From: Raillietiella orientalis
Taxonomy: Eukaryota
Direction of reading: 5' to 3'
NCBI GenBank assembly: GCA_036172245.1
Contig: JAYWIR010000037.1
Coordinates: 992,001 to 1,056,000 of the forward strand
Length of the DNA stretch: 64,000 nucleotides
Of this stretch, positions 13,901 to 27,909 are shown piece after piece. The translations under genes were made by a program, and so were the position numbers. Each line of letters opens with the position of its first letter. The first letter of the stretch is position 1. Under the pieces are notes generated by a model that was not told where the DNA came from, did not search any database, and saw nothing but the letters and a program-made list of their open reading frames with translations.

Positions 13901-15479
13901 ACGAAAACGTGTCCTTTCATTTGGCGAGAAAACCGCAAAGGGTTCGGCGTGCACCCGACCGACCGATTCCCTTCCATGGGATAAGTACGATCTACGAGCT
14001 TCTTTCTTCTCACCACTCCCAGCTGTTCGAAAGGTTCGAGTGCGTCTACTCATCGTAGGGATTTACTGGAGACCTGAGGACTCTTCAGATTCGCTTTGAG
14101 CTGGATATTCCCGAAAAATCCCCTTTCCCCTGTTGCCGCAGAGCTCTTGGACGAGAGGCGGGAGGGAGGCTACGGACGCAAACACTTCCTTGGTCACTTC
14201 CAGAGCGGAAGCCGGTGACGTTCCGACAATGGGGAAGTGAATGGGGAGCAAAGTAGGATCGGATCGGGTACGGTGGCGGGGAACAGCCGGGAAGCAGTGC
14301 GATGTCACCTCAGTCATCCGGGCAGCACCGCGCAGCAGCATTTGCGAGAGTTGAATCGCATCCCTCCTCTTCCCTGGCAGAGGATCGACTGCTTGGAACG
14401 ACGGGAATGCCGCTCAATGGATGACGGAGCTTAGAGATCCCCAATCCACGGAAGGCGGCGCCTAAGACCCGGATGTGCGGAGCGCTTGGCTTCTCTCCCG
14501 TCCTGCGGCCGGATCAGCAAGGTCAGGAGAATTCTCTCGATCACCCTTCGGTGTGCGGTTCACCGAATGAATTGTTTCGCGGAACTCATCCTACATCAAG
14601 CGCCGGCGTGACGCATGTGTGCCGACGCACTTGAACTCGCGCTCTTCCCCGTTCACGTGCGAGTGGGGTGCGTGTGTGCTTTTTGTTTCCTTCGATGTTC
14701 TCACGCTCCAGAAAATTCGTTGGAACCTCAGCTCAACCAGTATGAAATCCAAGAACGCACACACATCCACGGCATTGAAAAGGAGAAAGCGAAGCGATCC
14801 CGGTCCGGTGATTTATCGCACACAGGCACCTTGCGAAGGGAACGGAATCAGGAATATGGAGAGGAGAAAAAAAAAAAAAAAGGCCTTTCCCACTTTTCGG
14901 CCATTAACTCCAGATTTCGTGCTTGATCACGCGATACCCAGGAAGGGTCTGTTTGCCGGTGGCACCGGGAACTCGGGGATGGGTCGCGGCTCGGGTGGTT
15001 CACCCGAATCGACCACAGGAAGACGGACGGAGACGGTTCGGCAAAGGGAGGCAAGAAGATTCTCATTTCCTTGCCGGGGCGCTCGGTTTCGCGTTTCTCA
15101 GCGGATCTGCTTTGACACACTTTCGGCACACCAGCGGCAGCCAGGCCCGCGAAACTCCTAGGAGAGAAATGCGGCACGAGTGGGGTCAGCACACTCCGTG
15201 TTTTCCGAACACTATTCGGGGAAGGGGGTGGGCGGGCGGTGAGAAACCAAATCAATCAGCCAATCAATAAAGTGACCCGGTGCAAGTCTGCTACACGCCT
15301 CCAGGGTGCAGCGGCCATCAGGAAGCCCAACAGCTGGAGAAGAGCTGTGCTCCCACTGCAAGTTTCCCAGAATTCGCAACATGCACGCGGTGCATCGGGT
15401 ATCAGTCTACCAGGCCATTAATTACCGCGAAGTCAAAACATTTTGCTTGCATTTCCAGACTCGCTTTCCCGCTACCCGA

Positions 15480-15880
15480 AGTGCGCGTTACTTGAGTGGA
15501 ACATGAGCGTCGCTCATGTTTCTTTAGCAGCTCGGGTTGAGAGATTGCAGAGTGCACGGGGGAACGGCGCAATTAACGAGCTGCTGACTTGTCTCAACAA
15601 ATACCCCGCGTATTGTGAAACAGATGACGGCGTCTCCGGGTGATCGGAAACAGACATCGAGATGCATCGAGCCTGGGCTGGCGAGCAGCGAGGCGCTGAG
15701 AGCCCTTATGATCAACACGCTTGGGAACAGCCGTTTTGTTGACGCTCGTAAAACCGATCAACCGCACCGCCATCCCGAACCGAACGAACGCTTCCACTGG
15801 GGTACGATCGAAAAGGAATTCCTCAGATGATATGTGCCACATCTGTCTGGTGCGCGATTTGCATAAGAGTTCCTGACGGA
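15480..15880 (+). mobile_element. possible decayed LINE (I-group) RNase H fragment
   Basis: GAINELLTCL ... ASSEALRALMINTLGNSRFV ... RFHWG, in the order expected for AExxAI...DSxxALxAL...SxxV...xxLxWV. Manual match. Confidence 0.3.
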
Positions 15881-17849
15881 GGAAACAAAGTTATTTATCA
15901 CGTCTCGTTCGCAAAAGGGAAGGTTCTCTCTCCTGTCATTCCACAGAATCATCTGTTATCCAACAGGTTTCTTGTGAAGAATCCATTCGAGGGGGGTTTT
16001 TCTTGAGCGGATTTGAAACTGCATGACCGAGCTTCCTCCGGTTTCTGAAAGAAAGGTCGTTTAGCGGTACCGCGCGTGACATGCAGATGACGCAATAATC
16101 GTTTGCTCAGTGATATGTGCAAACACGTACGTCAACTCGGATCTTACCTGGAGCCAGCCAGAAGGGGCAGCGAGCCTGTTTTCCCTTCCCCTTTTCTCGA
16201 GAGTCGGAGAGAGAGAACTGACGGACACTCAAAGTGTTCCTCCAGAAGCCAGGATGAGTAGCAGATTAAGGAACGTTCCAAGGTCCGGAAAACTGAGTCC
16301 CGGCACGAAAATCAGTCGATTCGAAGGAGTACTTCTGGACAGAATACAATCGAATCCAATTATCTGATCACTCCGCGTGACGAAGGGAAAAATCCTGGAA
16401 TCCTGGAAGGGTTCCAGGCTAGATTTCAAACTGGGATGCTCAGAGCTGGGCCGCAGTTCATCCGCGCACTATGGCACGCAGCTGAATCGTGGGCTGCTTT
16501 GCTTGTATCCTCCACCGCCTCCGCTTCCCGTTTCCTTCTTTCCTTTCCATCCCAAACGTGCTTGAGATGAGTCTCTTCTGAAATCCAGTGCATCCTCTTC
16601 GTCATTTGTAGATTAAAAGACAGCCAAGAAGAGAGAGAAAGAGGAGAAAATGAACACGAAAGATGAAGCGCAAGCAAGCGTCGCCAAAGACACGGGATCT
16701 TTTCCGACTGTCTCTCATTCGAAGCATCGGAATTCGCGTAGCCGCGAGATGCCTCCTTGCTTACCATTAGAGAGATGCGATCTCGTGGTACTAACGCAAA
16801 AGTGTTGAGGAGGATTTCCCGCAAGCCCAAGCGTCTTCAGTTGAGGGATGCCGATTCTCAGCCCGAGGATTGTCGCGAAGGGGGGGCGGACGATTTTGCA
16901 GGATGAGGAGGCGGCAGCGCTTCACGGGATAGGTCTTCTGATCCTCCTCCCCCTTCTGTCAACATCCGACCACGCCCGAGATTCCGAACCGGAAACCGGC
17001 AGTCTTCTTGAGGGGGTGGGCGTCCTTCGAAGCTGCTCGGAAGGCACCTCTCAACCCGAATGGGAGGAAAGCGGATGCAGAGTGAGGTTTCAGAGCGATC
17101 TCGAATTTCAGAAGATGTTATTGGACCGAATGATGCTGAGCGACTGCGAAGGTTTTCTCCCGCAGAGGGGCTGCTTTACGTTTTTCGGGAAAACGACAAA
17201 AAAGGCTCCTGCTTTCCCGCCAAACGAAGGCTGCTTCGTCAGCTCCTCGGATGCGGGACGGGAACCTTCAGAACCCCGGAGGCAAGTTGGTACCTACGCG
17301 CGAGCGCAGGTTGCCCAAGTTTCCCAGCGCCCTGCGACTGCTCCCTGGAACTAAGAAGCCAAACTGGATTCTAAGGAGCTATCTGATCTCGATCCTGCTT
17401 CCGGAGATTCCAAATGGAATTTCTCCAGCCGTCTGCTTCCGTGGTCCAAGCTCTTCCAGCTGGAAAACGTGAAGTGGTGCGTGGTCGACCGGGAGCGCCT
17501 TCCTTCTCCCCTTCCCTCCTGTAAACTTCGCGCACCGAGCAGCAGCAAACTCTTCTTGATCAGATGCAGAGTCTACGTTGTCTCCAGGAAATACCCACCC
17601 TCAATCCGTTTTCATCAGCATTTCACATCCTGGCGGATCCCGTTTCCCTCCTGATTGAGGCTTGCCAGATCCTGTTTTCAGTCCGCGCATTCCTCTGAGT
17701 TCTCCGGCAAAACCTGCTCATGGGGGAAGGTGCTGCTGCCGGAGACGTACCGTCTGCTAAGAGGCGAGAGGGCTGGATCTCCGTGTATCCTGAGACGGAA
17801 ATCCAGTTGTGCATCGTTGATTTTCTCCGTTCCTCGATGAACGGATGGG

Positions 17850-18070
17850 GCTGAGATTTCACAACTTGAAGAAGAAACTGTGCAGGTCACTATGGTGAAA
17901 GATATCGACTCCAGAATCGCCATTTGTTTCTGATCGTTCTTCCCCTGAGGCGTGACCTTATTATCGAAAAGTGCTCGACAGATCCTCGGCTTATTCCTGT
18001 GACGTGAAAAGGTGTAAAAAATGGGAATTCTATTCCCTGTGAACAGCCCTGTACCGAGAATCCTTTTCAT
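17850..18070 (-). mobile_element. possible decayed LINE RT C-terminal fragment
   Basis: ORF 17678..18070 reads FTGNRIP...RICRALFDNKVTP (cf. GxxIP...KYLGVxFDxKLTW). Confidence 0.33.
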
Positions 18071-18739
18071 TCTTCCGCTCTGATCAGGAACTCAGGCTGC
18101 TTGCTTTGATCCCATTGATCGTTTCCTATGTCTTTCTGGATTCTGGGTCCGGCAAGTTCCCAGGTCCTGCCTAGCAACGGAACAGTAGCATTTTCGTTTC
18201 CTTTTGTTTTTTTTTCTTTTTGCCTAAAAAAGGTCAGTTCCGATCCCCAAACGTGCCAGTGCGTTCCCTCTTCGTCGCGCGAGGTCTCTTTTCTCCCCCT
18301 CTGTTGAATAAACAAAGAGCGGTCGTCTATTGTGTCTTTTTTTTTTTTTTTTTTTTAACCCGTCCATCGCTCCGTCAGCTCCTCTGCGGCTCTTAGAAGG
18401 GCATTCGGAGAGCTCTTCGAATTCGTCCCCTCCATCGACAACGCGGCTTTTTGGACGAGCCAGAAGGTTCTTGAAGGAACTGAGGAAGAGCAAGCTGTTG
18501 CCTTGGAATGCGGGATCACGCCGACGACTGAATGTAGCTCCGGACCAACCGAATCTCCACTGGATGTGGCGATCCTGCGATCCATCATGCAAAGGACGCC
18601 ATGCCGACGGGAGAATGCAGAAATGTTCCTAGGAGGTGAAACATCTTGGCCTCAGTTTTTCTCTTTTCCAGCTTCTCTTAGAGAATGTTACAGCTCTGTC
18701 TTGAAATCCAGGAACTTGTAAGTATTCTGCTTAACTTCG

Positions 18740-19250
18740 GGAACCATTTCATTGGTCCAGGAATTTTCCTTTAGAGGATTTTTCGACAGAGCTGAACTGA
18801 AAGATATCTCTAAATGACGTCATCCGATGGACAGAATTGCAGGGAGAGATGAATGAACGATGGATCTCATTTACGTTACGCCTCTCTTAAAAACCTCTCC
18901 CGAAAATGTCCGGCCCCGCATCTTTGCAAATCGGATGAGCCATTGCAACTGAATCCTTTTCATTCAGCTCACAGAAGGGGTTTTACTTTTGCATCGCTTG
19001 AAATGTCGAGTCATTAGAATGACCACTAGATTCGAGAGGGCATCGTTTTTTGCTCTACGGCCCGTAAGGTCAGAAATACTGGCCCTCAACTCGCAGAGCA
19101 CGAAAGGAATGCATGTCAGCGCAATCATAACATCAGGAGATCGATAAAATGGCTGACCCCGAGTTCTTTGTATTCCTTTCTTCGGATGCTTGACGTGGCT
19201 TGGATGAGTCTGTCCTTGGATACACTTGTCCATCCTGGGAGATGCGTTCC
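18740..19250 (+). mobile_element. decayed LINE APE endonuclease-like relic
   Basis: Single frame with stops: ISLVQEFSFRGFFDRAELKD..HPMDRIAGRDE...SFFALRP...AIITSGD (cf. LxILQxNxRGL..KxxEL..DII..xE...YRP...IIxGDFN). Confidence 0.35.
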
Positions 19251-20199
19251 TTGAGAAACGGACAAAGGATCCTCATCTGCAACAAAAAATCGCACTCAGT
19301 GTATGCAGCCCTAGCGGAACCAAAACCAATGTCACGTAGAACACCTCTCTACGAAGAGAAGTGGTACAAGCGTTCTGTGGCGAACGCCTTTTCGTCGACA
19401 CCCAAGAGAAAGCATGAAGAGTATCCATTGGTAGACGTGGCCAATCCTTTGCGAGACTAGAGAACATCTTACCCCTAGATCAAGCTGGAAGAATTATCCG
19501 ATTGATGCCTGACTAGCAGCTACAAGACGAAGCTTTAAAAAATAGGCCCCATGTTCATTCGGCACAGATGCAAGAGTTGACGCGAGGCACCCTTAAATCG
19601 TCTTGCAATCATCCTCCTACCATGAAAAGTCTGCCCATGGGAAAGGCACGTCAGCACCTTCTTTAAAAGATCGCATTCCCCTGCCCGAAGCTATTCCGAG
19701 AAGGGATGCCTTGTTGTTTGGGAAGGCGGTCCGAGGATCACCTGCCTTTTAGTTCAAGAACAGATTTTGCCCTGTGAAGCTGCGTGCATTCCCAGTTTCG
19801 TGTAAGCCACGTTTTCGGAAAGATAATCTCCATGACCAGAATTCCTTGCTTACGAGAATACGCACGTCTGACGTTACAGCTAACGCGTACACGCCGGTCA
19901 GCACTCACCTCTAAACACGGTGAAACACGCATGTGGACCTCCTACCTAAAAGCGGGAACATTGCTTTTGCATAGGCTTTCGAAAACCAGCCACCTTTTCC
20001 CTGCGAAGCCCTCAGAATTCTCCGGTCCTAGCTTCAAGGAATTCTTATCATCCGAGACATCGTTAAGATCAGAATTCGCCATTTCTTGCTGCAAGTCACC
20101 TCTATGTTGCTGGTCGGCTCCAGGTTCATTTTGATGCCCTCGGTCGTACCGACCATCTCGTTTGATAGATTCTTGCTCCCGATCACAAGATGACACACT

Positions 20200-20880
20200 C
20201 TGTGACATCTGAAAGCACAGCTGCGATTCTCCCACCCTTCTAAAAGCAAATCCGCTTCCCAAACTGCTTAGCTTTTCGTTTCACTTTAGACTTGCGAAGG
20301 TTTCCTTCCACTCAACTCCTGAGGAATTGACAGCGTCCCCTACTTTGAAGCAGCTGCTTTGCGCCATGCATTCTTTCGTCCTGATTCTGATCCGGACCGC
20401 AGAAAACCACAGCGAGTTTTTCAAGCTCTCCTTGCTTTGGACAAGACGGGCATCTCTGTCGAAAGCCACCGGCCATATCACTTCATTCTCAAGTACCTGC
20501 GGAATACCAAACGCGGTGATGATAGATTCCCTGAAATGCTGCCTGCTGCTACCAAAAGGCTGAGGTGTGATTCCCTCACTCGCTGACAGTTTTTGAAACA
20601 TTTAACGGTCTTGTCGGTGATAACACGATGTATGCTGATAATTGTTTTAGCCACTTGTCTAAAGGCTCCATTGCAGGCAGTTTAAAACACTCTTTCCCTC
20701 GACTGTTCCTGAATTTTCGATCGGTAGATGCAGGCCTTGGTTTCCTGTACTACATTGCTGTTCCACCTCTGAACTGGAACTTTTCTTCCTTCTCAAGTTC
20801 TGTTCATTGGCAAAAGCATCGCTATTTCTTCCTCTGCTGTTGGCCCAGAGTAGCCAAAAAGTAACTTTCGACTACTCTAC
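20200..20880 (-). mobile_element. decayed Ty3/gypsy integrase relic
   Basis: KLPAMEPLDKW, then HFRESIITAFGIPQVL (cf. FLxExIIxRFGIPxxI), RTKECMAQ (cf. QTNGMAE), EWKETFASL (cf. WDxxLPxV) and GFAFRRVGESQLCFQMSQ (cf. FAYRTxxHxSTGFSP), in the correct order. Confidence 0.45.
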
Positions 20881-20899
20881 GAGCTACAAAGAGTTATTT

Positions 20900-21350
20900 A
20901 CTTTTTTCCCCTCTGTTTGAGATTATTGCTGTCTCTTGCAATGAAGGCCGAAGATGGGAGTGTCCAAACGTGGCAAAAGTTAATACAGAACAGTTGAGGA
21001 AAATCCCTGCTCAATATCTTATTAATACATCAATCGGAAAAGCAATGAACGGCACGATGACAAGTGCACGTTGCTACCACTGTCCGAAATTCTTCCCCCT
21101 AGCCACCAAAACACAGGGAGGCATTTTTCCATTACGTCCTTCAGTAACTCGAAAGTCAGATACCAAGAGGTTTGAAATTGGGATTCGCCGCTCCATGCAA
21201 ATCTGGACTGCCTTGTGTAGACCTTTGGCACTGAGAATGTCAAAAACAACGTGAACATGTCTTTACTGATGACCAAATGCAATGGGAGAATCCTCAGCCG
21301 ATGCCTATTTACCGGAATGAACTAAGAAGCCAAATTACGTTTTCTATTCG
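20900..21350 (+). mobile_element. possible decayed LINE APE relic
   Basis: EIIAVS...KIPAQY...QGGIFPLR...TALCRP...CLFTGMN, in the order expected for APE (DIIAxSE, IPGY, GGGVA, YRPP, IIxGDxN). Confidence 0.28.
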
Positions 21351-22099
21351 CCATCGCTCCGGGAGTTTGAGATCACGGGAACGGGTTTGTTATATGCTGG
21401 GACTCGAAAATTTCGTGGATCGAAATTCACGTGATTTTTCGACTATGTGCACATGAAGTGAATTACAAAATCGGGAACAGTTGCAGTTCAGACTTTGCAT
21501 GGTTTGAGTACAATCAGAAGAAAGAAGCCTTGAGACTGTCAATTACGGTTTTCCGAGGATATTTTTTGCCTCCAAGTCCTCGTTCACTCGAGACTCTGTG
21601 GATCCAGAAATCGGCATGGATTCTCTGCTTATAACATCAATCGATGCTGGAGCAACTAGCGCAAGCCTGCTGGCATCAAAACCAGCGCAAATTCCTTGGA
21701 TTCTCCAAACATGTGTTTTTTCGGCTGACGCCCTTCCCGTACGCTGGAAACGAATAAGCAGTTTCTTGGAGAGCACCAGTGAAATCTTCTATTTGTCACT
21801 CTGAGCATGTTTGTTCCATAGTGGACATGTGTTTTTCCTCGTCATGGCTCGGCAAGAGTGATCTTCCCATTCTCTGCTTGTCAAATGTATTTGTGAATGC
21901 TATCTTTCGACTTCCAGGATGACCAGTGAAAACTTTAGTAAGATGAAACATCCAAAGCATTGCGTATGTTGCATTTGATCACATAGCATTTAGTGTCGAG
22001 ACCAGAAGATAACGTGTTGAGACAGTGGTCACAATACTATCTTGCCAAAGTAGGAAGCTCTGAAGTGGTTACAGCTAAACACTTCATCCCTTAACCGTT

Positions 22100-24470
22100 C
22101 CCGGCTTGACCTTTCTCCCGATACTTACAGATTCAGCTTTATATACTCCATCTCTTTTGAAATTTTGTTCATCATTTGGATGCATTTCACCAGAACCACC
22201 GCTGTCGGCTCTCTCCACCCACTTATCAGAAAGTAAGATTCGAAAGGGAGACAAAATGGATTTTTTTGTTGTTATTGTTTGGTCTCTTCGGGTATTCTAT
22301 CCTCAAGAGGCTCGTTCCTACGCTCCTCCACACAGAAATTCTTCTGACGCCATACCTCCACATGGAGAAGGCGAGCTGCTCTTACCACACAAGCCATTCT
22401 TCCGAGCATTCGACTCAGTCCTGTGCCTCGAAGATGAGATGCGGAATGGTTTCAAGACTTACGGTGTTTGGGACCGAAGGCAAAATGTACAAACAAAAGA
22501 GAAAGCAGACGAAAATGAAGAGCCAAGTTCGTTTGTTCGAAAAAGATCAAAACAGCGAGCCAAACTTCCCTTTCCCGTTGGTGTGGTTTGATCTCCATCT
22601 TTTGGAGAAAGAATCACTCCTCTTGATCTCACACTCCGGAGAACTTTGCGCAGCTTAGAGTAAACAGCTCAAAAGGAAGCAACCATCCATTACTGTGTAT
22701 GACACCTCGTAAACATGCCGTCAAGAACTTTTACAACAATCCTTGGAGCAAGTCACAAAGCAAACATCATTAAACAAGTCGCGTTCTGAAGAGGCTGGTC
22801 GTTTATTTGTGTCGGGTTGGATTGGCTTACACTTCAAAGATTTCTCTGATCATGGTGCACGCACCACATGCGTGCTGGAGCCTTCTCTCTCTCTTCTGAG
22901 AGTCCGACGTGTCATTGGCTTCGCCGCTTACGGCAGGTTCATTCATTGCTCGTGTCCCTTGGAATCGGCTGTTCCGGATCCTCTCGGAACTAAAACCCAG
23001 GAAGGATGCACCTTTGCAAATTTTTTCTCTCCCTTTTTTGTAAGGGACGTGCTGGAAACGAAAGCAGTGTGTGTATCGAAGAGCACAGAGTTGCAGGAAA
23101 TCTCCAGAGTTGGGTTCAGAAGACGACAAGAACTTGGAACGAAGAGAAGCTTCACGTTTTCACTCTCGCATTTTCTCCGCTCCGACATATTTGCTCCGTT
23201 GATCCTCTCGAGAGCATTTGCCTCCCGGAGGCAAGCAGCCCGGCTTGTAGTGAGATCCTCATTGAACAGCGACGTCTTCTCCATGTAGAGCATTGTATTT
23301 GGCTTCCCAAATCCCAAAGAATTTCTGAACGGAATAGAATCAGGGAATCTGGAGCACGTGTGACTCTTCCACCTTCTTCCTTTCTGACTTGTTACCTCCT
23401 CCCTTGGGGTAGAGGGTAGATAAATTCCGTTTGATTGAAATTTTGCAGCATGTCACGTTGCCTGCTCAACCACACTCAGGATTTCGCCTTTGGTCTCAAA
23501 GGCGGCAGACAGTCGTGCTCTTGGAGATGGGTTTACGAAAGCTTGCTGGAGTCATCCAGTGTGAGCCTTGAAGAAGACTTAGGACTGCTGTTGGTACGAC
23601 AACCAGCATCCACTCTTTCGATGCTCCAACCATCTAGTTTTTCTGCTGTTTCTTTTTCTGTAAGGCTGGAGTCAAAGGAGCACATCTGACTGTCAGCAGC
23701 AGCGTGCGGATTCTCACGAGCAGGAAGGCCACGATTATCAATTTCTTCTGAACAGCGAATGCAAGGGAAGTAGGGAAGGAAGGAACTAAAGGGCTCTGCT
23801 TGGGAACCGGTAGGTGGAACTTGATTGGAAACCATTCCCAAACTGCCGAAGTACCACTGGTAGGCGTCTTGAACATGTGCAGAAATCTACCTAGGGGATC
23901 GGATAGAGTCTTTCTACTGTCCTTTTTTTCTCTCTCTTCCGTGATTATTCCGAGCTGTGACGCAGCAGTCGAGATCAAAAAGAGTGACACACACATGGAT
24001 GAGAACAGAGATTGCTGCAGGGATCACTGCGTCATGTACGCCATCTCAAGGAGGAACAAGGCATAGGAACGTTCTAGAAATGTCAAATTTCATTAGAAAA
24101 AAAAATTACCTTTGGAGGAAATTCAACAACTGGTCCATGACCCGATTACGAGCTCTCCCTACTTCTAGACGACTTCCTCGATTTCTTTCCAGGTTCATGC
24201 TGCAAAAAGCTCCTATGCAGATTTATTCCATGCATTCGAGAGGAATACATGGATGAGGATGTGGAAGATCGCATCTTCTTCTACCAGTAAAGACAACGTC
24301 GAAGAAGAAATTCCCATGATTGTGGCGGATTCTCCGAGGGCAATAAAATTCTAAGGTAGTGATCAAGGGATTCCTCAGAAATGGCTTCTTCTGTTTCCGG
24401 TGCCTTTGGGCTTTCCCATTCGGAGAGAGCCCCTAAAATGGAGAAATAGAATGGTAGCAGAACTATCAAG
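22100..24470 (+). mobile_element. decayed LINE ORF2 pieces (APE, linker, start of RT); may be more than one insertion
   Basis: SYAPPH..SVLCLED (~22320-22440), LFVS..DFSDHG (~22805-22860; cf. SDH), GRWNL (~23810), HTWMRTEIAAGI (cf. PWWTxEI), NYLWRKF and EPLKWRNRMV (~24430; cf. PxxWKxAxV). Confidence 0.35.
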
Positions 24471-24646
24471 TTTTCTAATCAAATCGAAAGGAGAAACCCT
24501 CTTCCTTCAAAGAAAAAAAAAGAAAGGAAACAAAGAAAAATCTTCGCGCAAAGACGATGTTGAAAGAGAATGGAAGACGGTCAGCCATACTCTATGAGGA
24601 GTTGGTTCTCCAGAAATGGTCTGTAGGAACTTGGATGCACGTCTCG

Positions 24647-25003
24647 CGCTGGCGGCTGTGTGGCTGGAATTGGAAATCCACTCCGCGCGTGGAATTAAGA
24701 GCTGCGGGTTCGAATCCCCGCTTGGAGGATCGATTCCGAGGAATGCGTAGTGGAATCCGAGTCCCCTATCCGCAGGATAAAGCTGCTTGGCCCGTGGGCT
24801 TCGGATGCGGCACTGGTAAAAAAGCAGCCGGAAATCGGATGCCCTCGTCGACCGACCGGGATTGGAAGTTGACCCTCTGGGGTCCTTCCAGGAATCAAGG
24901 AATCATTCCACTCAGGTTGCGAAAATGGAGCTATCCCCTTGGGCTCCCTCGAGGAGTTCCATAGAGAGCTGGTTGACATGCCCTCGGGGTTACCTCTCCA
25001 GAA
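24647..25003 (+). mobile_element. tRNA-headed SINE-like element, copy B (3'-truncated)
   Basis: CGCTGGCGGCTGTGTGGCT head, GGTTCGAATCC B-box (~24707), TATCC-GCA-GGATA hairpin, and GATTGGAAGTTGACCCTCTGGGGTCCTTCCAGGAATC shared with the other copies. Confidence 0.85.
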
Positions 25004-26339
25004 TCCAACGATTCCTTCGGATTTGGGAGAAACGGACCCCATCCCGATGCAAATGAGGCCCTCAGGACCGAAAGACAGGATTCTGGAAAGACAATCGGTT
25101 TGCGGAATCAGCATGCAGTGGAACAGAAGGACGGAAGAGTCACCGAAGTCCACAAAGGGAGCGAACCAGGCTCGGATGGCAGGGGAGCTTTCGCGCTAGA
25201 ACGAGGAAAAGGTAAGAAATGCTTCCGAACGCGGAAGGCCGTGGTCAGTTCTTCTCTTCTGCGACCTTCTGTGTGCTTCGTCAATAAAACGCGGTTCGTG
25301 ACCGATTTCAGAGTTTGGGATGCTGCCGCTTGCAGGTTTCCCTTTTCCCACTGATTCTGGCACTCCTGCTTCGTCTCGATCGTACCTCTTCCGACTGTGC
25401 GGATGGCTGTGAAGAGCGTGAGGAAGATGAGGTCTTTGAGGAACGCTGAGGAGCTCGGGAGTCCGGAGTGCGCACAATTCCGCGAAGATGGGTATTATTT
25501 GATGGGAACCGCATTACAGAAGCCGAGAAAGAAGCAGGCTGAAGACAAAGAGAGGAGACAGCATATGATGAGTGAACCACATCCGACACATTCTGGAGTC
25601 CCTGGAGCAAGGCAGTGCAACTGAAGACAGGTGGAGCAGGGGCCTTAAGAAGATGCTGCAAGCTTCGGTGAGAGGAGGCAGCTGCTGTATCAAGAGTCAA
25701 GTCCGATGACTGAGGCGAAACAAGGAAATGGATGCCTCTCGATATGCATGAGGATTTCCATTTGGTAAGGAGCGCTGTCTCCTGAGCAGAGAAGTTGTTT
25801 CGGTTACTGGGAGACGGGGAATTCTGACGATAGACGCCAAGCCGGTTGACGAACTTCAAAGTGGAGGGGCGGCCTGCCTGGAATTCAAATGCATCGCACC
25901 GTTGCGGTCGCTGCGAAAGCGTCCGCTTTCGGTACGGGAGGGTGGAGTTCCACCAGACGCAGGACGCTTCGTTCGCAGAACCCAACCATCCAGGTCGAAT
26001 CTTGGAAACGTGCTTTTCAGAATCTGACGAAGGTCACCAGACGGGAAGGGAATCCCGGTCAACTCACAGCACATCGTTTTGCTTTTCCCATCCTGAACAC
26101 AGGTCGGGGATCGTTCCAAATGGACGAGAACCATCGAGAAAATGAATTCGGGTCAACAGGACGATCACTGGACGCGCCGGTTTGCTCTACGGCGCCGTTT
26201 GGAAACTCTTCAAGGTCACTGGTCCCCCGCGTCGGAAGGCAGTTACGGGAAAGCGAAAGGGAAGCAGGATCCGCGAATTGTTCGGGATGTGGGATGTGCT
26301 GCTAGAAGTCCTTTGTTTGTTGCTGTTCGTTTGTTTGTT

Positions 26340-26800
26340 TGCATGACACGATCGGTAATTGTTTCCTTCTTCCTCGAATCCCAACGAGCCAGGTTCACCG
26401 ACACTCCCTTCCTTCCTGTTTCGACAGTCTGCCAGCTTGCAAGATTCCCATTTTGCGTTTACCCCAATTCACCAGTTCGTGGACCGCCACGAAGAACCGT
26501 GGCAAGCAGCTTCTGCCCGCATGGCGCCTCTGATAGATCACGAGCGTCCAAAGGAACAAAACGCCCAGCTTCTCATCGGGAAGATCCGACGCGGCACTAT
26601 CCAGGAACCGAGGTTTTTTCCGATCCTGTATCCTGATGCTGCGGGAAGGTGCCGAGGAAGCATAGCATCAGAAGATCATAGAGCATCCGCTCCAAGTGTT
26701 TTTCTGGCAAACGCACCCTCTCTGGAAAGTGGTATTGGTCTCTGGGATGTCCCTGCCTGGAGGTCCGAAAGCTCTTTTTAAAAGCAGCCCGGTCGCCTAG
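26340..26800 (+). mobile_element. decayed LINE reverse transcriptase relic (internally deleted)
   Basis: ORF 26359..26781: LQDSHFAFTPIHQFVD (cf. QFGFRxxHSTxD), IRRGTIQEPRFFPILY (cf. GVPQGSxLSPxLF), IASEDHRA (at the YADD position), LESGIGLWDVPAWRSES (cf. LExWxxxWxIxxNxxKS). Confidence 0.5.
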
Positions 26801-27909
26801 CTGCGCCAGGCTGACAACGACGGGCAGGAAGCTGCGAATGAATGGGGAGAAGGTTTCCAAAGCAAATTAAGGATAAACTGTGCCAGAGGGAAGCGAAAGT
26901 AGCGAGCTGTTCAGCTGGAAGCTCTGCGCATTTTGTGCGCGATCAGCGATGCATCGCCGTATTGGACCCTGACGAATTTTCCAATGGTGAGGCCCACGGA
27001 AAGAGTTGCCTCCTCCTCGCGTTCGGGCGCGCCCGAACGCGGTGCTCTGCTTCCTGTGCACGACGTGACGATGGCAGCAGCCGTGGTGCCGAGCTTGGCT
27101 CCAGAGGGGAGGGACGGGCAGGGAAGGAGGAGCTGTTCCTGTCGCTGCGTGCGTGTGCGTATACACGTGTTGCGCGTGTAAATACATCCATTGTTTGGCG
27201 CGGGCGTGTTTTCGATGACCTCCGAATCTCGCGAGGGCTGAGCGAGGCCGGCAACAAACTGCTCCGTGAGTTCGTGCGCGCGCGCGCACGCCCGCCAGCC
27301 ACCCGTCGAAGCCGAAACGATGCGAGTCATCTTTGGGTGCCGCAGACGCACGGGAAGCCGAAATTCCTGGGGCTCGCGCGCGGAAATTTGGAATTCGCGC
27401 CTTCGGATTACGAGCTCTTTCCGAGCTCCTTAAATTACGGGCCTTCGCTCCTTCTTGCTTTATCGACTTCCATTATCTCCTGCAAAAATATCTCTGGGAG
27501 AAATGAAAACACTGGTTTGGATGCGCAGCATCTCCAGCTGGAGTCCTGGGAAGCCATTGTTCGTCCACGACGGCCGGCGTTCCGTTTCCGCCGTGGGCCG
27601 CATTCGCGAAATCCGCGAAGCTTCGGCCGCTTTTCGAGATTCGACTGTCGTGGAGGATGTCATTCTTAGGGGACTTCAACCTCCACTCCAATTTTTACTA
27701 TTCTTTTTTTTGCATCACATCAGGATGAACACCGAAAAGTTTTCATCTTTTCATCCGCCTCTAAATGATCGATTCTACTCGCTTTCTTCCTGAAGAATCA
27801 GAGGAAGAGAGAACTCTGGAGAGCTGGTGGTAAAAACGGGGGTTACTGCTCGAAACTCGTGCATGGAATCTTCGTGACCTTCTCTTGGCTTCTGCTGCAG
27901 CCTCGACCA

